A stretch of DNA of 12,472 nt from an uncultured Dehalococcoidia bacterium. Lineage in GTDB: Bacteria; Chloroflexota; Dehalococcoidia; Lucifugimonadales; UBA3495. Shown piece by piece: positions 1 through 6,500 of this stretch. The position numbers and the translations under genes were made by a program. Location of the stretch: contig CATMOE010000082.1 in the NCBI GenBank assembly GCA_950072105.1, positions 1 to 12,472 on the forward strand, in the 5' to 3' direction. How positions within the stretch are numbered: the first letter of the stretch is position 1; each line of letters begins with the position of its first letter. The notes below the pieces were generated by a model. The model saw nothing but the letters and a program-made list of their open reading frames with translations. It did not search any database and was not told the DNA's origin.

Positions 1-1488
1 GACGGTTATAGCCGGTTGAACGACCGGGAGAAGTTCGGCGTAACCATCACCCAGGGCGGCCCCGGCTCGGAGAACACCATGGGCGGCATCGCCCAGGCGT
101 TCAGCGACAACATTCCCGTTCTATACCTGCCCGGCGGTCCGACGCTGGCCCAATACGCCGTCCGGCCAAACTTCTCGCCGGCGCGCACCTACGAGTCCGT
201 GTGCAAAACCGTCGAGGTCATCACCCATCCGTCCCAGGTCTCCGGCGCCATGCGCCGGGCCTTCCATAACCTGCGCAACGGACGCGGCGGCCCGGTTCTC
301 GTTGAGATTCCCGCCGACGTCGGAGAGCAGGAACTCGCGGAAGAGTCGCTGAACTATACGCCCCCCAAGAGGTATCGCCAATCTCCGGCCGCCGAGGACG
401 TTAAGGATGCCGTCAGGCTTCTGCTGAACGCCCATAAGCCGGTGATCTGGTCGGGGATGGGCGTCCTGTCCGCCGGAGCAACCGCGGAATTGCAGGAGTT
501 CGCCGAGCTCATCGAGATTCCCGTGTACACCACCATGCCTGGCAAATCGTCCTTCGACGAGCGGCATCCCCTGGCCCTGGGGTCGGGAAGCAGTTCCACC
601 AGTCTCCAGGCCCGCCGGTGGTTGCAAGAGTCGGACGTGCTGTTCGCCGTTGGCTCAAGCATGACCCGAACCGGTTACGGCCAGCCAATCCCCGACGGCA
701 AGGTCATCATCCACAACGTGGAGAGCATCGAAGACATCAACAAAGACTTTTCCGTCGATGTTGGCCTGCCCGGCGACGCCAAGCTGACTCTCCAAGCCAT
801 GATCGAAGAGGTCAAGGCCCAGGCCGGTGAGAACGGCCGCAAGGGTAAGACCGAGGTGGCTGCCGAGATTAAGGGAATCCGGGACGGGTGGCTCGCTGAA
901 TGGACCGCGCTGTTGAATTCGGACGATGTCCCGATCAACACCTACCGGGTGATCGGCGAGATCGAGCGTAACCTGGACAAGGAGAACAGCATCGTCACCC
1001 ACGACGCCGGCGCGCCCCGCGACACCATGATGCCCTTCTATCCAGGCACCACGCCCCACAGCTACATCGGCTGGGGCAAAACCACCCACTTGGGCTACGG
1101 CATACCCCTGATGATTGGCGCCAAGCTGGCCAGGCCGGATAAGTTCTGCCTGAACTTTATGGGAGACGGCGCATTCGGGATGTCCGGACTGGACCTCGAG
1201 ACCTCGGTCCGGGCCGGAGCGCCCATCACAACCGTGGTGTTGAACAACGGAGGCATGGCGACTTACCCCGGAGGCTACCCGACGGCCAAAGAGTTGTACG
1301 GCACCACCCACATGGTTGGCGACTACGCCAAGATCGCCGAGGGCATGGGCGCGGTGGGCATCGTCGTGACCCAGCCGTCTGAGATCGGCCCGGCCCTGAA
1401 ACGGGCTCAGCAACTGAACGCCGAAGGCAAGACGGTCCTCCTGGACATCCACTCCAACTTGGAGGCTCGCCGGTCAAATTTCGCCTAA
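1..1488 (+). CDS. Thiamine diphosphate-dependent enzyme, acetolactate synthase large subunit-like superfamily (5' truncated by the window edge)
   Basis: Frame 1 is open from base 1 (DGYSRLNDREKFGVTITQGGPGSEN, the PYR-domain 'ADGYxR...GPG..N' region), so the real start lies upstream. ThDP/Mg motif GDGAFGM...VVLNNGGM near the C-terminus; central domain KPVIWSGMG...GKSSFDERHPLALG; stop TAA 1486-1488. Confidence 0.93.
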   Translation, partial: DGYSRLNDREKFGVTITQGGPGSENTMGGIAQAFSDNIPVLYLPGGPTLAQYAVRPNFSPARTYESVCKTVEVITHPSQVSGAMRRAFHNLRNGRGGPVLVEIPADVGEQELAEESLNYTPPKRYRQSPAAEDVKDAVRLLLNAHKPVIWSGMGVLSAGATAELQEFAELIEIPVYTTMPGKSSFDERHPLALGSGSSSTSLQARRWLQESDVLFAVGSSMTRTGYGQPIPDGKVIIHNVESIEDINKDFSVDVGLPGDAKLTLQAMIEEVKAQAGENGRKGKTEVAAEIKGIRDGWLAEWTALLNSDDVPINTYRVIGEIERNLDKENSIVTHDAGAPRDTMMPFYPGTTPHSYIGWGKTTHLGYGIPLMIGAKLARPDKFCLNFMGDGAFGMSGLDLETSVRAGAPITTVVLNNGGMATYPGGYPTAKELYGTTHMVGDYAKIAEGMGAVGIVVTQPSEIGPALKRAQQLNAEGKTVLLDIHSNLEARRSNFA

Positions 1489-1503
1489 GAGTTCGACCAA
1501 ATA

Positions 1504-1593
1504 AAATCCCCTCTTTCGTAAAGAGGGGATTTAGGGGAGATTTCCCCAGGGCGAATTCGCACCCCTGTAGTCCCCCCTTCTTAAGGGAGGACT
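1504..1593. repeat. Inverted doublet of short palindromic (REP-like) repeats, each a C-rich tail plus hairpin
   Basis: Unit 1 (minus strand) AAATCTCCCCT-AAATCCCCTCTTT-acg-AAAGAGGGGATTT, with a perfect 13-bp stem 1504-1516/1520-1532. Unit 2 (plus strand) ACCCCTGT-AGTCCCCCCTT-ctt-AAGGGAGGACT, with an 11-bp stem and 1 mismatch, 1569-1579/1583-1593. A perfect palindrome GCGAATTCGC lies at 1551-1560 between them. Confidence 0.7.
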
Positions 1594-1614
1594 GAGTTAC
1601 CGGCTCTGATAGTT

Positions 1615-1653
1615 AAAGGGGCACCCCGATTTCATCGGGGTGCCCCTTTTATT
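1615..1653. terminator. Bidirectional intrinsic terminator between convergent genes
   Basis: Perfect 16-bp inverted repeat AAAGGGGCACCCCGAT-ttc-ATCGGGGTGCCCCTTT, ending in TTTTATT on plus and TTTAAC on minus; lies between the stops at 1488 (+) and 1677 (-). Confidence 0.85.
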
Positions 1654-1676
1654 CGTTTCCGGTTCGCTTAGTTTAT

Positions 1677-2753
1677 CTAGGCGGTAACCAAGCTGGCGTA
1701 GTGGTTCCCTTTGGATATGGGAGCCAGGCCGGTCATGATTTCCTCCCAGTGATCTCCCCCGTCATCGCTGCACCACACCTCACCGGTGGCGGTGGCGGCG
1801 AAGACCGAGAAGGAATCTCCCCCCCAGTCCTCCAGGCACATGGCTTCCACAGATCCCTTCATCCGGTCCGGAAGGCCGTTGCTCAACGTCTCCCAGGTCT
1901 TCCCCGCGTCGTTGCTCCGGGAAATGCGGGTACCGGCGAAGTGGGACTCCCGCCAGGACCCCGGCCCGTGATGAGCGGCCGCCACCAGGACGACTTCGGG
2001 CTTACGGGGGTGCAAAAGCAGGAAGTCGGGATACCCGCCTAGATCGTGGGCGGTGGTGGTCAGGTGCTCCCATGTTTCGCATCCATCCGAGGTGACGTAG
2101 ATGCCGTCCCCGCCGGTGATGTATATCCTGTTGGGGTCCGCCGGGTTGATGACGGTCCGATGGACATCGGTGTCCATGCCATGGATCCTCGTGAAGGTTT
2201 GCCCGCCATCGGTGCTCTTTTGCAGACCGCCAACTTCTATGCCGATAAACATCGTGTTGCAGTCTTCCGGATGGAAGTTGATATGTTTGGTGTGAGCGAC
2301 GTGGGGCGGGCCGGGGAAGGTCCAGTCCGACGTGTCCACCGACCTCAGCGCCGTTAGCTCGGTCCAATGGCGGCCCAAGTCGTCGCTGTAAAACAGGTGG
2401 GCCGGCTGAGTCCCGGCGAATATTCGAGTTTTCCCGTTTACCTTGGCCGCAGCCAAACTATAGATGTCATGCTGGGTGATGCCATCGTCCCGGCGCTCCC
2501 AAGTCTCCCCGTTGTCTTCACTGATATAGATCGTGTCCTCGGTGACTCCGGCGATTATCGCGCCGCTGTCCGGTTCGATGATAACGGCGTGAATGTGTTT
2601 GTCCGCCAATGCCCGGCGGGCGATGCTCCATCCAGAACCGCCGACGTTCCGCTTCAGGAATACGATCCCTTCTTTAGTCCCGACCAACACCTCTTCCGAG
2701 CGAGAAGTCGTGGAAAATATAGTGTCTCCGCCATGAGATAGGGTTAAAGCCAT
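1677..2753 (-). CDS. BNR/Asp-box repeat beta-propeller protein (sialidase/Ycf48-like fold), no signal peptide
   Basis: Six Asp-box motifs SxDxGxTW-like: SEDNGETW, SDDLGRHW, STDGGQTF, TSDGCETW, SNDAGKTW, SDDGGDHW. ATG is preceded by GGGAGG (2759-2764). Confidence 0.88.
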   Translation of the reverse strand: MALTLSHGGDTIFSTTSRSEEVLVGTKEGIVFLKRNVGGSGWSIARRALADKHIHAVIIEPDSGAIIAGVTEDTIYISEDNGETWERRDDGITQHDIYSLAAAKVNGKTRIFAGTQPAHLFYSDDLGRHWTELTALRSVDTSDWTFPGPPHVAHTKHINFHPEDCNTMFIGIEVGGLQKSTDGGQTFTRIHGMDTDVHRTVINPADPNRIYITGGDGIYVTSDGCETWEHLTTTAHDLGGYPDFLLLHPRKPEVVLVAAAHHGPGSWRESHFAGTRISRSNDAGKTWETLSNGLPDRMKGSVEAMCLEDWGGDSFSVFAATATGEVWCSDDGGDHWEEIMTGLAPISKGNHYASLVTA

Positions 2754-2810
2754 GATATCCTCCCATTCATCGACGATTCGTTGTCCGTTACACTCGGTTA
2801 GCTGGAAATC

Positions 2811-2839
2811 AGCATAGTGGGACAGCCGTTTGGAGTCAA
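2811..2839 (-). promoter_or_regulatory. Sigma70-type promoter for the beta-propeller gene
   Basis: Minus strand TTGACT (2839-2834)-N17-TATGCT (2816-2811), about 60 nt upstream of the ATG. Confidence 0.6.
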
Positions 2840-2865
2840 TCCCCTTGCGTCCCCCGGGTTGAATG

Positions 2866-2895
2866 TGGACAAATCCCGCGGCCTAGCGTTACTAT
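2866..2895 (+). promoter_or_regulatory. Sigma70-type promoter for the hydrolase-cyclase gene
   Basis: TGGACA (2866-2871)-N18-TACTAT (2890-2895), back-to-back with the minus-strand promoter; SD-like GAGGTGA at 2940-2946 downstream. Confidence 0.45.
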
Positions 2896-2950
2896 TTCTC
2901 TAGCCTGGCCGTCCAACCTGTTCCCGGCGAAAATCCGCCGAGGTGACATT

Positions 2951-4390
2951 ATCATCGGACCTTCCGGCCCGAATCAGGACCTTAGAGTTATCAATGTACC
3001 CGGCGGAACGGCGATCCATTACGCCACTTTCGGCCAGGGGACTCCCTTGGTGATTGCCGCTAATTGGCTCAACCATCTGGAGTTTGACCGAAGCAGCCCG
3101 GTTTGCCGCCACTGGTGGGAAGAGCTGTCTCGCGAACACCAGGTTATCCGCTACGACCAACGGGGCTGCGGCCTATCTGACTGGGACACTTCGGACCTGT
3201 CCTTCGAAGCGGCGGTAGGCGACCTGGAATCCTTGATCTCCGCCCTGGGTATCGACAGATGCGCTCTTCTCGGCGCGTCTCAGGGGTGGTCCGTGGCCAT
3301 AGAGTACGCGGCCCGCCACCCGGACAAGGTTAGCCACCTGGCATTGTACGGAGCCTGTTCCTACGGTTGGGCATATCAAAGTGAGGCGCATAGGCAGGAA
3401 TGGGAGAGACTGCTCGGCCTCACAAAGGACGGCTGGGGCCAAGAGCATCCAGACTACCAACGGGCGTTCATCGATAAGTTCAAGCCTGAAGCCACCGCCG
3501 ATCAGAAGTTCTGTCTCATGCGTCTGCAAGAAGCGTCTACTTCCCCGGAAAACGCGGAGAAGATCCAAGCCGAGTGGGGGAAAGTTGACCTTCGCCAACG
3601 CCTCAGGCAGATAGCGGTCCCCACCCTGGTGTTCCATGCCAGGGGAGACAACGCGGTTCTCTTTGAAGAGGGCTGCCGAATCGCGGGACTTATTCCCGGC
3701 GCTGGATTCGTGCTCCTCGAAGGCAAGAACCATCTATTAACCCACGACGAGCCGGCCTGGCAGTCGCTTGTAAGCGAGATCCGCCAATTCCTCACTTCTG
3801 ATTCCGGAAACAACCCGGCACATGAAGACATCGCCGCCGCCGTGGAACTAGAACGGCCCGACCTGCGCCAAGCCACCGCCCCAGACGGCACGGTAACCAT
3901 ATTGTTCAGCGACATAGAAGACTCTACGGGCATGACAGAGCGGCTGGGAGACCGGCGGATGCAAGAGGTCCTACGTCTTCACAACGACATCGTCCGAGAA
4001 CATCTGGCGGCCTCCGGCGGATTCGAGGTCAAGTCCATGGGCGATGGATTCATGCTGGCCTTCTCCAGCGCTGGCCGGGCATTGCAGTGCGCCGTCGTTA
4101 TTCAAACCGCCCTGGCTGCTTACAACGAAGAGCAAGACAATGAGCAGTTAAGGGTGCGTATGGGCATCCACACTGGAGAAGCTCTTAGCGAGTCCGACGA
4201 CTTTTACGGGAAGCACGTGATCCTGGCGGCGCGCGTCGCCGGGCAGGCGCAGGGAGGGCAGATTCTGGTGTCCTCATTGTTCAAGGCGCTAACCGACAGC
4301 GCCGGAGACATTGTCTTCGGCGAGGAACAAGAAGTGGAGTTGAAAGGGCTTACGGGTTTGAACAGCGTCTACCCGGTGGAATGGCGTTAG
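2951..4390 (+). CDS. Alpha/beta-hydrolase fused to a class III adenylate/guanylate cyclase domain (start uncertain: ATC 2951 proposed, ORF track TTG 3047)
   Basis: Hydrolase: RYDQRGCGLSD, nucleophile elbow GASQG (3272-3286), RGD acid, GKNHLL His. Cyclase: TILFSDIEDST, EVKSMGDGFM, RMGIHTGE, DDFYGKHVILAARV, VELKG. Homology-like sequence (QDLRVINVPGGTAIHYATFGQGTPLV) continues in frame upstream of 3047. Confidence 0.9.
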   Translation: MIGPSGPNQDLRVINVPGGTAIHYATFGQGTPLVIAANWLNHLEFDRSSPVCRHWWEELSREHQVIRYDQRGCGLSDWDTSDLSFEAAVGDLESLISALGIDRCALLGASQGWSVAIEYAARHPDKVSHLALYGACSYGWAYQSEAHRQEWERLLGLTKDGWGQEHPDYQRAFIDKFKPEATADQKFCLMRLQEASTSPENAEKIQAEWGKVDLRQRLRQIAVPTLVFHARGDNAVLFEEGCRIAGLIPGAGFVLLEGKNHLLTHDEPAWQSLVSEIRQFLTSDSGNNPAHEDIAAAVELERPDLRQATAPDGTVTILFSDIEDSTGMTERLGDRRMQEVLRLHNDIVREHLAASGGFEVKSMGDGFMLAFSSAGRALQCAVVIQTALAAYNEEQDNEQLRVRMGIHTGEALSESDDFYGKHVILAARVAGQAQGGQILVSSLFKALTDSAGDIVFGEEQEVELKGLTGLNSVYPVEWR

Positions 4391-4403
4391 GACCGGCGAT
4401 CGA

Positions 4404-6278
4404 TTATTCCACATCTACCGTCGCCACCGCAACCCGCTCGTTGCCCTTGTAGCTCGCTCGCACCGTAACTTCATAGGCGCCGCCGCCGGAAGAAGAGCCG
4501 TCCTCGTAGACATCCCTGATTTCTTTATCCGACAGCGCCCGGCTAAATATCTTCACCTCATCGATAACGCCGGCGAACATGTTGACCGCCTGAAGAGTCG
4601 TTCCGGTTCCGATGGCTAGGGACACGTCGAAAGTGTCACCGGGCCCGCCGATAAACGATTCTCTTACGACTACCTTCCCATCTAAAAACAGCTTATGTTC
4701 GGCAGCGTTGCGCACGTAGGCGTAATGGTGAAACTCTTGATCCGTAACCTCCGGACCCACCAGGAACACGTCGGAACCATCGGACCTTTCGAATCCCGCC
4801 GCCAAAAAATCTCCGGAGTCGGACAGCCGCGACCCCGAAAATTTCAGAACGAATGCGGTGGGTACGTCGATAGCCCCTCTAACTCCCGCGCCTTTGACCA
4901 CCATGACGTGCTGCCCGCCGAATTTGGTCCGCTTCGCCCAAACGTGCACCGTCACGTCGCTCCTCAGGTTAAGGCTAGGGTCCGGCGCTACCATAACGTG
5001 ATCGTTCTCGCCATCCAGCCTAAAGCCTTGGCCGAATATGGCGGTGGCAAATCCAGCGCCGCCAGTGAGGGCTCCGTTGTTGTCTCCCACGACGTCTTCA
5101 CCATTTCCATCGCCTGGCCACCAGGCAACCAATCCCGAGGGAAGTCCCGCCGAGGCTTTAGGCTCATAAGTGACTTTGCCAGTTTGGTCAATGGTTAATC
5201 CGGCCCCGGACTCCCACGACAATTCGATATTTTCAATCACGATATCGAACCTGTCGTAGGCAACCGCGGTCAGTTGGACACTCTCCCCAACAAATACGGA
5301 CACGGATGCGGGCTGGATTTCGATTTTGTCCAATGGGCCCGGCTCGATAATAACGTCTGCGGTTGCCGATCCTGTTCCGCCGCCATGGGATACATCCACC
5401 TGGAGGGCTGCGGCGAAAACCCCGGCCTTCGTTCCAGCGGTAAGCACGCCATCTTGGCTGATAACGCCCGCCTGGGAGCTCAATTGCCATGCGCGGACTG
5501 AATCGATAAGCGGCTGTCCTGCGCCACCAACGGCTTGCGCCTCTAATTCTTGGCTGGTATCGGCTTCTAAGGTCACTTTCGAAGGTTCGATGGTTACGTC
5601 TATCCGCTCCGTCGCCGGAGACCGAGTAGCCGTGGATGAAGACTTAGGTTCCAACCCTGCAGGCGCGATGGGAGGCTCCACCGTAGCCGTCATCGCCGCA
5701 GAGGCCGCTGGAGCGATCGTAGCCTTGACAACAGCGCCGGGAGAAGACGCTGGAGGCAGAACAACTGGAACGTTTGGGGTAGTGACCACCGGCGAAGCCG
5801 TTGCTGGTACCACCGTGCTGGCAGACAAAATCTCGGATGAGGAGGACTCGTTGCCCCCGGACCGGACCGCGGCAAACACTCCGGCGGCAACGACCACGCC
5901 AACCACGGCCAAGCCGATTCCGATCAACGGGACAGGTACGCGCCTCTTTGCCGGCGATTCGGGGAGCCTGACAACCCGGCGGCCGGCGACGTTCCCTTCC
6001 TTAGCGATCGAGATCTCTTGTAGGCCCGGAGCGCCGCCGAACTGCCCTTGGGGCCGGAAGGACAGGGTAACCAGATAATCGTCAGCCCTCTCGTCGGCGC
6101 CGACAATCTCCAGCGCCATGGCCACCTTACGAAAACGCCACCCGTATATGGCCGAAGACTCCGAGGCGGTGCACATCGCCAGGAATCGTGCCTGGTCCAT
6201 GTCGATGGGGCTTTCTACCTTGCCCTCCGGGGCCAGGCCGGAATCTGTTCTGTCTTCGGTGTTCCGTTCCTCAGTCAT
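4404..6278 (-). CDS. Single-pass membrane-anchored surface protein with Ig-like (Big_2-type) repeats and a LamG/concanavalin-like jelly-roll domain
   Basis: About 110-aa hydrophilic N-module, KRR then hydrophobic helix VPVPLIGIGLAVVGVVVAAGVFAAV (aa 114-138), Pro/Thr/Ala/Ser linker (aa ~141-223), two Ig-like units (IEPSKVTL...; IEIQPASVSVFVGESVQLTAVAYD...), LamG signatures LVAWWPGDGNGED, GQGFRLDG, FHHYAYVR...LFLDG, FAGVIDEVKIFSRALS..EI. Confidence 0.85.
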   Translation of the reverse strand: MTEERNTEDRTDSGLAPEGKVESPIDMDQARFLAMCTASESSAIYGWRFRKVAMALEIVGADERADDYLVTLSFRPQGQFGGAPGLQEISIAKEGNVAGRRVVRLPESPAKRRVPVPLIGIGLAVVGVVVAAGVFAAVRSGGNESSSSEILSASTVVPATASPVVTTPNVPVVLPPASSPGAVVKATIAPAASAAMTATVEPPIAPAGLEPKSSSTATRSPATERIDVTIEPSKVTLEADTSQELEAQAVGGAGQPLIDSVRAWQLSSQAGVISQDGVLTAGTKAGVFAAALQVDVSHGGGTGSATADVIIEPGPLDKIEIQPASVSVFVGESVQLTAVAYDRFDIVIENIELSWESGAGLTIDQTGKVTYEPKASAGLPSGLVAWWPGDGNGEDVVGDNNGALTGGAGFATAIFGQGFRLDGENDHVMVAPDPSLNLRSDVTVHVWAKRTKFGGQHVMVVKGAGVRGAIDVPTAFVLKFSGSRLSDSGDFLAAGFERSDGSDVFLVGPEVTDQEFHHYAYVRNAAEHKLFLDGKVVVRESFIGGPGDTFDVSLAIGTGTTLQAVNMFAGVIDEVKIFSRALSDKEIRDVYEDGSSSGGGAYEVTVRASYKGNERVAVATVDVE

Positions 6279-6386
6279 TGCACAGCCACGGGTCGTACGG
6301 TGTCGATATCGCCATCTAAGTTAACACAATCGCCCAAGCATAAAAGTAGGCTTATCGTCACAACAGGGTCGTTGAAGCGCCGAAAA

Positions 6387-6415
6387 TTGGCATGGGACTG
6401 CATTCCGATTACAAT
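6387..6415 (+). promoter_or_regulatory. Sigma70-type promoter for the 6501 gene
   Basis: TTGGCA (6387-6392)-N17-TACAAT (6410-6415); strong SD AAAGGAGGT just upstream of ATG 6501. Confidence 0.5.
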
Positions 6416-6500
6416 TCAACCGGCCGAGCCGCTTTAATTCCGGGCCGCATCCCGGTTCGGAAGACGGCAAAGCGGATGTGTAACGAAAGGAGGTTTCCCC

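Noticed and set aside
655..1452. 265-aa minus-strand ORF and other antisense ORFs over the ThDP enzyme
   Set aside because: Shadow ORFs typical of GC-rich coding DNA; no motifs and fully overlapping a well-supported gene.
1489..1676. CRISPR array or tRNA in the hairpin-rich spacers (also 9709-9984)
   Set aside because: No identical direct repeats with regular spacers, no cloverleaf or T-loop consensus, no cas genes.
5326..6078. 250-aa plus-strand Ala/Thr/Pro-rich ORF
   Set aside because: Antisense mirror of the low-complexity linker and TM region of the 624-aa gene; no independent RBS or domain signal.
6387..6402. Sigma54-like TTGGCA...TGCA motifs here and at 7135-7149
   Set aside because: GG-to-GC spacing is 9 and 8 nt, not the required 10.
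6420..6500. Possible riboswitch in the 6501 leader (GGCAAAGC, stem CGCATCC/GGATGTG)
   Set aside because: Only fragmentary resemblance to c-di-GMP-I motifs; required paired elements not found by eye. An Rfam scan would settle it.
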